Positions 1 through 9,760 of a DNA stretch of 49,864 nt are shown piece after piece. Where the stretch lies: the IMG/VR virus record IMGVR_UViG_3300037420_001924, positions 1 to 49,864 of that record; one strand, 5' to 3'. The stretch's first letter is position 1, and each line of letters opens with the position of its first letter. Below the pieces are notes generated by a model. It ran no database searches, was not told the DNA's origin, and was given only the letters and a program-made list of their open reading frames with translations. This DNA comes from a virus. Taxonomy: Duplodnaviria; Caudoviricetes. The position numbers and the translations under genes are program-made.

Positions 1-1
1 T

Positions 2-106
2 AACGCCCAGGAAAAAGCGGTGATTGACCAACTGGCTAACGCCGCCCCCGGCAAAAAAGAAGTAAACGACTTTTTTAAAAAAACAAGACTAAACAATGGC
101 AGTTGA
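2..106 (+). CDS. 3' end of a truncated ORF, probably a tail assembly chaperone
   Basis: Open frame from the window edge (NAQEKAVIDQLANAAPGKKEVNDFFKKTRLNNGS*) overlapping the tape measure start; function inferred from position only. Confidence 0.4.
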   Translation, partial: NAQEKAVIDQLANAAPGKKEVNDFFKKTRLNNGS

Positions 107-3100
107 TATCACAGGCGCAGAGGGTTCGCTGTTCTGGAAAGCAGGAATAGATTTATCGGATTTTGATCAGGCCATAAACCAAATCACCAACCAGATTCAG
201 GCCTCTACCCAAAAGCAAATCCTCTTGCAACAACAAGCAGCACAGGGGCAAAAGCAGATCGTCCAGAGCATCCTTTCAAGCGCGGGGCTCATCAAGGGCA
301 TGGACCAGGACGTGGAAGCCCAGGTGCAGCACCTATCCGCTTTACAACAGCACATCCAGGCCATCAAAGGGCAAAGCCTTGAGCTTTCAGCAAAAGGCGT
401 GGACACCACTACTTTAACCGAGGGGTTGGATCGGGTTTTATCAGAAATCGACAAAATCAAAAACTCCCCAATAGAACTTCAAGCGGGCAGTGTGGATGTC
501 TCGCCCCTGTTAGAGGCGCTAAAAAGTGTTCAAGCGGAATTTGACCGCCTATCAGGGGAAGAGCTACACATAAAAGTGGGTTCTATTGATACGCAAAGTG
601 TGCTAAAGTCCTTTGATGATCTAAAAACCAGGCTTGCCAATGTGCAGGATGCCACTTTTGAACTTAGGTTAAGCGGGGTCAATACCGATAAACTGCAAAC
701 GTCCCTGGACAAGATCAAAAACGAAGTCAGTGGCCTGGAAAACGTCTCGATTCGCTCCTCGGCTGATTTAGACATTGAGGCGTTCCAAAAAGGGTATCAG
801 ACGATTTTAGACGAGGTAGGGAAGCTGGAAAGCCAGAGCATAGAACTAAAGGCACAAGGCATCGATACATCGGTTTTGGATAGGGAAATAGCCGCCCTAA
901 AACAGCGGGCCAAAGATGCTTCTACGGGCTTTCAAATCAAAGTAGACGGCATAGACGACTCTTCCTTTAATGCGGTCTTTGTATCGTTAAAAAAGAAAGT
1001 AGAAAGCCTTCAAAGGGCGGCCATTACTTTAAAAATAGGGGAGATCGATACTGCTTCCCTGACCACTTCTTTACAAAAGGCGCAGGAGAAACTGGACCGG
1101 TTAAACGACTTTCATATAGAAGGTACGATAACCTTTAATGACGAAGCTTTTCAAAAGACCTATAACGAGCTATTGGCAGAAATCCAGAACCTGGAAAACC
1201 AGACCATTGAACTGAAAGCCAAAGGACTGGACACCTCAGAGGTAGAAGCGGAGATTCAACGGCTGCGTACCTCCCTGGAACTGCCCCCCGTAGACATACC
1301 CATAAAAATCGGTTCGTTAAATGAGAAGCTGGCGGAACTGGATCAACTAAAAAAGAAGTTTGCGGAACTATCCGAAGTCGACCGCAATTCCGAGATCGGG
1401 CAGGGGATTGTCCAAAACATCCAGCGCGTGGAGGGGGAAGTAGAGCGCATCAACCAGGTGTTCCAGCGGGTGGAGCAAAACGCCGCCGGTTCTTTGAACG
1501 AAAAAGTAGCCAGGCTCAATGAATTAAAGAATCAGTACGCTGCCTTATCGGAGGTGGACCGCCAAAGCGATGTAGGCAAGCGCATGGCCCAAAACATCCA
1601 CGGCCTGGACGCAGAGATTAAAAAGATCAACAGCCAGTTTGAGCAAACCAATAGTCTGGCTAAACAGGTAGCGGCTTCCCTGGCCGCCTATGCCACGCTG
1701 ACCACGGCCACTAACTTTGTCAAAGACTTAGTCAGGGTACGGGGAGAATTTCAGCAGTTAAACGTGGCCTTTACCACCATGCTGGGTAGCAAGGAACGGG
1801 CCGATAAACTCATGCAGGAAGTCACCCAGTTTGCCGCCACCACGCCTTTTGAACTCTCGGAGGTGGCAGGGGCTACAAGGTCTTTGTTAGCCTTTGGAAT
1901 TTCAGCCGATAAGATCAAAGAAACTCTTCGCAGCTTAGGCGACGTATCCGCCGGGGTAGGCGCTCCCATTCAGGAGATCGCGGAGGTCTACGGAAAGGCA
2001 AGGGTGCAGGGAAGGCTCTTCGCTGAAGACATCAACCAGCTAACCGGTCGGGGGATTCCCATTATCCAGGAACTAGCCAAACAGTTTGGCGTAGCCGAAG
2101 ACCAGGTACGGGGGCTGGTGGAATCCGGTAAGGTGGGATTTCCGCAGATTGAAAAAGCCTTCCAGGATTTGACCGCCGAGGGCTCTAAGTTTGGGGGATT
2201 GATGGAGGCGCAATCCAAGACCCTCACCGGCCAGCTATCGAACCTCTCGGATGCGTGGAATCAGATGCTTAATAATATTGGCAAGAGCGGTGAAGGTTTA
2301 TTTTCTTCAGCTATTGAAGGTGCTACCTCTTTAGTCAATCACTATCAGGATGTACTAGATATTTTGGAGGTATTGGTAGTAGCGTATGGTACTTACAAAG
2401 CAGCTGTTTTAGCTACCGTAGCGGTTCAAAAATTACAAGAAGCAGCAATGGTTCAAACGGCCCTGGCAGGTACAGAACTATCCGTAGCGCAAGGGTTGGC
2501 TGCGGCAGCTTCGGTATCCTTCCAAAGGGCTATGCAAGTGTTAAATGCCACCTTGTTGGCTAACCCCTTTGCTGTAGCTGCCGCTGGTGTAGGGTTGCTG
2601 ATTGGCGCTTTGACGTTTCTTAGAGACAAACAGTTTGATGTTAAAACGTCGACTGAACTGCTAAAAGATGCACAAGAGAAATCCACCGAAACTTTTGCCA
2701 AACAGCAATCAGAGATCAAGCAGTATGTAACAGCCCTGCACGATCAAAACCTAGCCGAGTCTACAAGGTTGGAGGCCTATAACCAGCTTAAAAAGATCGC
2801 TCCTGATATCATTGGGCAACTCTCTTTTCAGGAGGCAAAGACTACAGACCTTACCAACGCTACGAATACATATATCGCTACCCTTCGGCAGCGAATGGTA
2901 TTGGAAAGCAAGCAAGCTGCCTATGCCGAAGCTTTGCGCCAAAGAGATGAGAAATTTAAAGCCGCCCAACCCTTTATCGGATCGGATGGAAAGGCCAATG
3001 ATGGAGGGCTATTAAACATCTTGAACCCCTTTACCCAATCTACGTTTAGAAGCAGTGAGGGAGAGCAGGCCATTGAGGCCTTTAAAAAGGCTTCAGAGGT

Positions 3101-5726
3101 GGTGGTGGGCATTGAAAATGACATCCAAAATTCCATCGGCGGCACTAAAGAAGCCCTCCAGTTTCAGATATCCGCTTTAGAAAGCCAAAACAAGGTGTTG
3201 GATCAAAACTCTAAGGCGTATAATGAGAACCAAAAACAAATTGATTCACTGAAAAAATCACTCACCGATCTTAATAAAACCCCCGGCCCTTCCCTCACCA
3301 ATCAACAGCAAATTGACGGTGCAGCTTCTCTGGATGCACTAAAACTACTCCGTCAAAAAATCGAGGATGCGTATAATTCAGAGACCGATGCGGCCCGTAA
3401 AAAACAATTGGCTGCTGATTTGGAATATGCAGATAAACGAAAGAAAATCCTTGACCCCTATGCCGCCTTTAAAGAAGGGCAAAAGCAACAAAAAAAGGAC
3501 GAAGCGGAAACCAATAAACTGCTGGAAAAACGAAAGGATCTCTTGCAGGCGATTTCGGATGTGCAAAGGGATGCCAGCCAGTCCGGTTTGGTCAAAGAGC
3601 AATCGGAGGTGGATAAGGTCAATGAAAAATATGATACCCTGCTTCGAAAGATCGTGGAGTTCAACCAAGAAGTTGACAAGACCGGCAACGGCCAAAAAAT
3701 AGGGCTTACCGATATTAACGCTTTGGCAGCGGCAAGGGCGCAGGAACTTCAGAACGTCAACTTAAAACAGGATGCTGAACACTTTAAGCAGAACCTGGAG
3801 CAACAAAAACAACTTTTTGAGCAGTACGAGGAAGCCAAAAAGCAAATCGGCGTAGAAAAGGCCAACGAGATGTTCTCTGAACAGAGAAAAGGTTTTACCT
3901 CTTATGCAGACTTCCTAAGAAATGAGTTTGGAAAGATGCTGCCTAAAATCCAGTTGGGTATCGGGAATGTAGGGGAGCAGGAAAAGTTCAAGACCCTGTT
4001 AAAAGCAGGGGCAGATTTTCAAAAGGATCAAATCAAACAACAGCTTGAAGATCAAAAGACGCTGTTTGAAAAAACAGCCTCCTTCGTCCAGCAAAAAGAG
4101 GTATTGGACTTACAATACCAACGCCTGTATAAAACGCTTAAGGAGGAACGCGAAAAGTTAGGGGAGGAAGAATACGATCGGCAATTAAAGCTCTTGCAAC
4201 AGTCACAAAAACAAGAGGTAGAAACCCTTCGGGTAACTTCATCCGACATCTTTAAACGGATTGGCAGGGACTTGCTTTTGCAAACAAGCTCCGATATAAA
4301 GAAAACAATAGATCTCATTGATAAAGCCCTTGAGGAAGGTTCTTTTAAGGATCAGGCAGGCAACGTTATTCAACTGACCCCTGAAATGCGGGCGCAGCTT
4401 CAAAACGCCCGTACCCAGTTAAAGGGCATGGTCGATGATGCGGGAAAGGTGGCTAATATCTTTAAGTCATTGGGCAGCACCGTTGGACTATTCAACAAAG
4501 GATTGGGGGAAGCCCTGAATTTACTAAGCAGCATGGTGGAAGCCTCCAAGTCCATCCAGGACAATATAAAAGCGTTTAAGGAGGGCAAATCAGAAAAAGG
4601 CTTTACGGGTCTATTGGACCAGATATCCTCTGTAGTGGGCATTGCAGGAGCGGTCGGCTCCGTAGTGGGCTCGGTGGCCAGTTTTGTGTCTTCTGTGATG
4701 GGGCCATCGGTAAAACAGGTCAACGAGCAGGCGCTCAACTTTCAAAACCAGGTCTTTGTAGGCGAGCAACAAATCAATCAACTCTACCGCGAACGGCTCC
4801 GCGATCAGGTCTTGCTCAATAAAACCAAACTCCAGGGCCTATCGGATGAAATGGAGCTGCTGAAAAAGCAAAAAGTAGAGATTCAAAGCAATATCGATAC
4901 GGTCTTTCAACAGCTCGCCAAGGAAAAGGCCAAGATCACCCGCACCGTGGACACGGCTGTGGGCGGCACCGTGACCTTTGTGATGCAAGGGGAATCCCTG
5001 GCCGGGAAAACATTTGACCAGTTGAACGAGTTGTTTTTAAAAGGCCAGTTGAGCGACCGGGCCAAAGAGTTGTTCCAGCAGCTGGAGAAACTAAAACAGG
5101 AAGGAATAGACGTAGACAAGGCGCTACAGGACGCTGAAAGTACCCGCCGTGAACTTTTGACCGGGGGCGCTACGGCGGATTCGATTGCGGATTCGATCGC
5201 TGAAGGCTTTGCCCAAGGGAAACGCTCAGCCGCTGATTTTGCCGATACCTTTAAAGACCTGATGCAAAAAGCTGCCCTTGCTGCCCTAAAACTTCGGTTT
5301 TTGGATGAACCGTTAAAAAAGTTCATTGAGCAGTTCCAGGATGACGTAGTAAGCGGCGACCAACTGGACGCCTCCGAAGTGGCCAGTCTAAAGGACTTTT
5401 GGGATAAGATGATTACCAACGCTTCCAACGCAATGGACCAGATCCAAAAGATCGCGGGCATTGATTTTTCTTCGGTTACGGGCAGCAGTGGGGCGAATTC
5501 TTTGCAAGGGGCCATTAAAGGAATTACCGAAGATACGGCAGAGCTACTCGCGGGACAGTTTGGAGCCATGCGTCTAACGGCCATCGAGCAGTTAAACGTA
5601 GCCATGCAGTCCTTGGATCGGTTAAACCAAATCCAGAACAACACCTTTAACACGGTAAACCGGATAGAAAAATTAGAAGCTACAATGGTAGATTATTTCC
5701 AGACCAAAGGGGTAAAGATCGCGTAA
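96..5726 (+). CDS. Tail tape measure protein
   Basis: 1876 aa helical protein with tape-measure motif (FAATTPFELSEV...LGDVSAG...YGKARVQGRLFAEDINQLTGRGIPI), hydrophobic Ala/Gly segments and C-terminal SLQGAIKGITEDTA typical of Bacteroidota phage TMPs. Confidence 0.95.
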   Translation: MAVDITGAEGSLFWKAGIDLSDFDQAINQITNQIQASTQKQILLQQQAAQGQKQIVQSILSSAGLIKGMDQDVEAQVQHLSALQQHIQAIKGQSLELSAKGVDTTTLTEGLDRVLSEIDKIKNSPIELQAGSVDVSPLLEALKSVQAEFDRLSGEELHIKVGSIDTQSVLKSFDDLKTRLANVQDATFELRLSGVNTDKLQTSLDKIKNEVSGLENVSIRSSADLDIEAFQKGYQTILDEVGKLESQSIELKAQGIDTSVLDREIAALKQRAKDASTGFQIKVDGIDDSSFNAVFVSLKKKVESLQRAAITLKIGEIDTASLTTSLQKAQEKLDRLNDFHIEGTITFNDEAFQKTYNELLAEIQNLENQTIELKAKGLDTSEVEAEIQRLRTSLELPPVDIPIKIGSLNEKLAELDQLKKKFAELSEVDRNSEIGQGIVQNIQRVEGEVERINQVFQRVEQNAAGSLNEKVARLNELKNQYAALSEVDRQSDVGKRMAQNIHGLDAEIKKINSQFEQTNSLAKQVAASLAAYATLTTATNFVKDLVRVRGEFQQLNVAFTTMLGSKERADKLMQEVTQFAATTPFELSEVAGATRSLLAFGISADKIKETLRSLGDVSAGVGAPIQEIAEVYGKARVQGRLFAEDINQLTGRGIPIIQELAKQFGVAEDQVRGLVESGKVGFPQIEKAFQDLTAEGSKFGGLMEAQSKTLTGQLSNLSDAWNQMLNNIGKSGEGLFSSAIEGATSLVNHYQDVLDILEVLVVAYGTYKAAVLATVAVQKLQEAAMVQTALAGTELSVAQGLAAAASVSFQRAMQVLNATLLANPFAVAAAGVGLLIGALTFLRDKQFDVKTSTELLKDAQEKSTETFAKQQSEIKQYVTALHDQNLAESTRLEAYNQLKKIAPDIIGQLSFQEAKTTDLTNATNTYIATLRQRMVLESKQAAYAEALRQRDEKFKAAQPFIGSDGKANDGGLLNILNPFTQSTFRSSEGEQAIEAFKKASEVVVGIENDIQNSIGGTKEALQFQISALESQNKVLDQNSKAYNENQKQIDSLKKSLTDLNKTPGPSLTNQQQIDGAASLDALKLLRQKIEDAYNSETDAARKKQLAADLEYADKRKKILDPYAAFKEGQKQQKKDEAETNKLLEKRKDLLQAISDVQRDASQSGLVKEQSEVDKVNEKYDTLLRKIVEFNQEVDKTGNGQKIGLTDINALAAARAQELQNVNLKQDAEHFKQNLEQQKQLFEQYEEAKKQIGVEKANEMFSEQRKGFTSYADFLRNEFGKMLPKIQLGIGNVGEQEKFKTLLKAGADFQKDQIKQQLEDQKTLFEKTASFVQQKEVLDLQYQRLYKTLKEEREKLGEEEYDRQLKLLQQSQKQEVETLRVTSSDIFKRIGRDLLLQTSSDIKKTIDLIDKALEEGSFKDQAGNVIQLTPEMRAQLQNARTQLKGMVDDAGKVANIFKSLGSTVGLFNKGLGEALNLLSSMVEASKSIQDNIKAFKEGKSEKGFTGLLDQISSVVGIAGAVGSVVGSVASFVSSVMGPSVKQVNEQALNFQNQVFVGEQQINQLYRERLRDQVLLNKTKLQGLSDEMELLKKQKVEIQSNIDTVFQQLAKEKAKITRTVDTAVGGTVTFVMQGESLAGKTFDQLNELFLKGQLSDRAKELFQQLEKLKQEGIDVDKALQDAESTRRELLTGGATADSIADSIAEGFAQGKRSAADFADTFKDLMQKAALAALKLRFLDEPLKKFIEQFQDDVVSGDQLDASEVASLKDFWDKMITNASNAMDQIQKIAGIDFSSVTGSSGANSLQGAIKGITEDTAELLAGQFGAMRLTAIEQLNVAMQSLDRLNQIQNNTFNTVNRIEKLEATMVDYFQTKGVKIA

Positions 5727-5727
5727 G

Positions 5728-6186
5728 CTACCTTGCAAAAACCAGGTAAACAATCGTAATCAATACAACGATGAACACGCAAAAAAACAGGGTGTTTTGC
5801 CTATCTATTTTTTTATGAAATTTATAGGCTGCGTGAACGTCCGGGGTATGGGGGTGGAACTTGGCCTTTGTTAGGTAAATCTGTTCGGCCTTTGCAAACT
5901 CCCCCTTTTCATAGGCCCGGTAAAAGCTTTGTTCCCAGGTCTTTCGCTCCTGCACCCGATTTTGAAAATCCTCCGTCCGCTTTTGTTCTGCTAGTTTTTT
6001 GGGGTTCCATGTGTGCCCACACGAAAGACAGGTCACATCTATATTGCTGCTGCCATGTAGTCCGGCCAGTAGACCGATGCCGCCGGTAAGGATGGCCCCT
6101 GCTGCGGCTTTACCGGGGGAAAACCCGTGCTTTTGGGCGGTGAGTTGGGTCGAATTACATTTAGGGCAGTGTAGGGAATCGGCCAT
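5728..6186 (-). CDS. Zn-ribbon/glycine-zipper membrane protein (moron)
   Basis: CPKC...CLSC flanking GKAAAGAILTGGIGLLAG; C-terminal TM helix; opposite strand to the tail operon. Confidence 0.7.
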   Translation of the reverse strand: MADSLHCPKCNSTQLTAQKHGFSPGKAAAGAILTGGIGLLAGLHGSSNIDVTCLSCGHTWNPKKLAEQKRTEDFQNRVQERKTWEQSFYRAYEKGEFAKAEQIYLTKAKFHPHTPDVHAAYKFHKKIDRQNTLFFCVFIVVLITIVYLVFAR

Positions 6187-6369
6187 GGCTAGTCGTTTTT
6201 AGAACACTATATTATAAAAGATATTTTACATACACAAAAACGAGTCGTTAAACCTTACCCACTCTTTAAAGAGCGTATTTTTTCAACTTGCGGGTAAGTT
6301 GACCTACTCAAATTGTAATCCTATTTCGTAAGGTATAGTTTGCAAGGCAGAAAAAAGCCCGTGTAATTT

Positions 6370-6864
6370 ATGCCTGCCGATTTTTCAGGATATTGGAAGT
6401 TAGATGCCGTTGACCTGTGGTCGGGGTATCACACCCTGATTTTAAACGGCACTACCGACTTTTTAAAATACGCCCCCAAAAAAGACTCTACCGAATACTC
6501 TTGGCCTGACCAGCATGGGCTGGACGTTGACCTGACCACTCCCAAATTCCAAGCCCGAACGATTACCCTCAATTGCGCGATTATTTGTGATGACAGAACA
6601 GCGTTCAACGACAACTACACGGCGCTTATTACCCAGCTCATGCAGCCAGGCTTTCACAACTTTACCGTCAATGCCCACGGCCCAAAGACCTACTCTGTAG
6701 AATACCGGGAGTGCAACAGTTTTAAACCGGTGTGGCCGCTCACCGTAGAGGGCACAGCGTATAACGTTCACCAATTCACGCTCCTTTTGCGGGAGTTGGA
6801 ACCCAACCCCGGAGCGGCTACGCTTCGATTAGTAGATGAATCCGGAAACCCCATCGTATCGTAA
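6370..6864 (+). CDS. Distal tail (Dit-like) protein
   Basis: Follows the TMP; WPDQHGLDVDL...ARTITLNC motif seen in Bacteroidota siphovirus tail genes. Confidence 0.65.
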   Translation: MPADFSGYWKLDAVDLWSGYHTLILNGTTDFLKYAPKKDSTEYSWPDQHGLDVDLTTPKFQARTITLNCAIICDDRTAFNDNYTALITQLMQPGFHNFTVNAHGPKTYSVEYRECNSFKPVWPLTVEGTAYNVHQFTLLLRELEPNPGAATLRLVDESGNPIVS

Positions 6865-8435
6865 TGGATAGCATCACTCTATATCGAATGGTGGGGGTCA
6901 CAGAAACAGAAGTGGCTGAAATAAAACCCGACGCAACGAGCGTACAGCAAAAACAGGTGATGGGCGATAACGTGCTTACGGTGAGCTTTACCCATCCTGA
7001 AAACCCCTCCTTCCAGGTGGGGGATTACTGCACAGTCTACGAGGAACGCTACCAGTTAAACCAACCTGCCTTAGCCAAAAAATTAGGGGAGAACCGCTAC
7101 CAGTTTTCCCTTCGCCTGGAAGCGGAATACTTTGATTTATCCAAGGTGCAGTTTTTAAACTATGGGGCGGACGACTCTTTAAGGGAAAGTGATTTTACCC
7201 TCATGCTCAACGCCCGGGGGTTTATCGACCTTTTGTTAAAAAACGCCCTACGGGTAAGTGTAGGCTGGAAAAAAGGTGACGTACAGGCGACCACCTATAA
7301 AAACCTTTCCTTTTCCAAAGAAAACTGTTTAGGTGTCCTTCAACGCCTGTCGGAAGAATTTTCTTTGGAATGGGCCGTAGAGGGCAAGACCATTCATTTA
7401 TCGAAACGCAGGCTGATTTCCAATCTAAAGTTTCGCCACGGAAGAAACAAGGGACTTTATACGATTACCCGCCAACCGCTTTCGGGCTCTAAGCTCGTCA
7501 CGAGGTTATACGCCTATGGTTCTGATAAGAACCTGCCGGCGGGCTACCGCAACTATACCACCCGGCTAAAAATGACCGGGGGGCTGGACTACCTGGAGGC
7601 CAACACTGCTCAGGGGATCATTGAAGACACGGCGGTCTTTGAGGATATCTACCCCCATCGGGTAGGAAAAGTAACCGCTATAGGGGCGGACATCTATACG
7701 TTTTATGATCTGAATTTAGACTTTGATGTTCGACAGTACCTGCTCCCCGCAGTAGAGGCCAAGCTCACCTTTCAGACCGGGCAACTAGCCGGTTACACCT
7801 TTAAACTCTCCCCAAAGAGCAACTTTGCCGCCAAGGAAATCATCCTGCTGCCCAACACCGAGGAAAAGGCCCTTCAGATTCCTTCTGATCTTTTGCATCC
7901 CCAGGTGGGCGATACCTACGTGCTGACCGATATTGCGATGCCGCAGGCCTACATTGATGCAGCAGAGCGGGCGCTAAAACGCGAGGCCCAAAAGCTGCTC
8001 AATAAAATTTCTGTGCCCCAATACTCCTACACCATCGACTTTGACCCCGCTTACATGAAACGAAGGACAAGGGTCATCGGGGTAGGCGAGGAAGTAACGA
8101 TACAGGACAGTGACCTGGGCGTGGACCAACGGCTTTCTATTGTGTCGTGTACCCGCAATTTGGTCAACGAGTACCAGTTCCAGGTCGAAGTCTCAGATCA
8201 GAAGACCAAGGGGACGCTCTCCCAGATTCAGTCCAATCTAAGCTCGAACGCTAGGGATATTTCCACGATCAAAAACACCTATACCACCCTTCAGGATAAC
8301 AAGGTGGTAGGGGACTTTACAGTAGACAAAGGCTCGATCATATTTTCTGAACTGCCCGTAGTGGACTCAGACCTTACGGGCTACGCAACCATTTACGTAA
8401 ACCGGCAAACCGGAAAACTTTACAGGGAGGCATAA
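6864..8435 (+). CDS. Baseplate hub / Tal-like tail protein
   Basis: VTRLYAYGSDKNLP...FEDIYP motifs; position after Dit. Confidence 0.75.
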   Translation: MDSITLYRMVGVTETEVAEIKPDATSVQQKQVMGDNVLTVSFTHPENPSFQVGDYCTVYEERYQLNQPALAKKLGENRYQFSLRLEAEYFDLSKVQFLNYGADDSLRESDFTLMLNARGFIDLLLKNALRVSVGWKKGDVQATTYKNLSFSKENCLGVLQRLSEEFSLEWAVEGKTIHLSKRRLISNLKFRHGRNKGLYTITRQPLSGSKLVTRLYAYGSDKNLPAGYRNYTTRLKMTGGLDYLEANTAQGIIEDTAVFEDIYPHRVGKVTAIGADIYTFYDLNLDFDVRQYLLPAVEAKLTFQTGQLAGYTFKLSPKSNFAAKEIILLPNTEEKALQIPSDLLHPQVGDTYVLTDIAMPQAYIDAAERALKREAQKLLNKISVPQYSYTIDFDPAYMKRRTRVIGVGEEVTIQDSDLGVDQRLSIVSCTRNLVNEYQFQVEVSDQKTKGTLSQIQSNLSSNARDISTIKNTYTTLQDNKVVGDFTVDKGSIIFSELPVVDSDLTGYATIYVNRQTGKLYREA

Positions 8436-9760
8436 TGGCAGATGTACGTATCAACGATTTACCCGACTCTTCCACCTACGGCGACCTTGCGCCAGGGGAT
8501 TATATTTTAGGCTATATGGCCTCGGTGGATAAAACCGTAAAAATCCCCCTTTCGGCTTTAAGTGACGTGGTAGGGGGTGGGTCTTCTACCCAACTCGCCT
8601 CGCCAGCGCTATCGCTTTCGGTGGTAGGCGACGACGAGATCGATGCCTCTTGGCCTGCCGTGACCTCGGCTACGGGTTATAAACTCTATAGGTCAGAAAC
8701 CTCGCTGTTTTCAGACGCAGAACTGATTTATACCGGCTCAGCCCTGCTCTTTAATGATGCGGGGCTTTCAGCGGGCACCCTGTATTATTACTGGCTGCAG
8801 GCGACCGCCTCTGGGTTTTTGGATTCGGGCTACTCGCAGGCCTCCGATACTACGACTGCGGCGGGTGTGGACACGACCCCTCCGGTGCTGTCGTCTGCCG
8901 TGGTTAACTCTGCCAATCCTGCGCAGATTATTTTAACCTATAACGAGGCCCTGCAAACGAATTCTTCGGCCACTACCACGCAGTGGAGTATGGTGGGCAG
9001 GACCATCACCCACGCTTCTATTAGTGGCACCACGGTTACCCTTACTTTGGATAGCGCAGTTACGGCAGGGCAGGTATTACTGTTAAACTATACCGGCTCC
9101 CAGGTCAAGGATATTGCGGGTAATTTGGCCGCTACCTTCTCTAACCAGGCGGTCTTTAACGGGGTGGTAGCTTCGGCTTCCCAGCTGATTTACCCCAACC
9201 TAACGGCCTCGCCGATTTCGGATACGGAAATTAACCTTACGTGGGTCAACGTACCCAACGAGTCTTCTTACTCCCTGGAAATGTCCACCGACAGCGGTTC
9301 GACCTGGAGCGTGATTGCCACGCCTGCCGCCAATACGGTAAACTATGTAAAAGATTCTCTGACCGCTGCTACGGTTTATTGGTTTAGGGTAAAAGCGGTG
9401 GGCGATGGGGTGAACTTTACCGATTCTATTTATTCTACCGCCTCTGCCAAGACCAACCCCTCGACCGGGGCTACGTTTGATACGATCCTTACGTTTACTT
9501 CCTCGCCCAACGATTCGGACGCCGGGGTGAACGGGGCAGCGGGCACGACAAACGCCAACAAGCAGTTCCAGTTTAACGCGATTTCGATTCGAAGCGGCAC
9601 TCCGATGACAATGGTCATCAAGGTCACGGTGTTTGGCTTTACCTCTACAGGGGTGGTCGTGGACTTTCCGGACGACTACTTCGGTCAGGCCTTCCGCTAT
9701 ATCCACTCCAACGGGTCGGTGTATAACGGATTTTTCACCAACTCAACTGTTAATTTTTAA
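8435..9760 (+). CDS. Tail/virion protein with fibronectin type III and SwmB-like Ig domains
   Basis: Two FN3 signatures (ASWPAV..ATGYKLYRS..GLSAGTLYYYWLQA; LTW..YSLE..LTAATVYWFRVKA) around DTTPPVL..LTYNEAL..VKDIAGNLAATF. Confidence 0.75.
   Translation: MADVRINDLPDSSTYGDLAPGDYILGYMASVDKTVKIPLSALSDVVGGGSSTQLASPALSLSVVGDDEIDASWPAVTSATGYKLYRSETSLFSDAELIYTGSALLFNDAGLSAGTLYYYWLQATASGFLDSGYSQASDTTTAAGVDTTPPVLSSAVVNSANPAQIILTYNEALQTNSSATTTQWSMVGRTITHASISGTTVTLTLDSAVTAGQVLLLNYTGSQVKDIAGNLAATFSNQAVFNGVVASASQLIYPNLTASPISDTEINLTWVNVPNESSYSLEMSTDSGSTWSVIATPAANTVNYVKDSLTAATVYWFRVKAVGDGVNFTDSIYSTASAKTNPSTGATFDTILTFTSSPNDSDAGVNGAAGTTNANKQFQFNAISIRSGTPMTMVIKVTVFGFTSTGVVVDFPDDYFGQAFRYIHSNGSVYNGFFTNSTVNF

Noticed and set aside
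197-5653. Antisense and alternative-frame ORFs within the tape measure gene (and similar shadows elsewhere)
   Set aside because: Shadow frames of long, well-supported genes, with no motifs.
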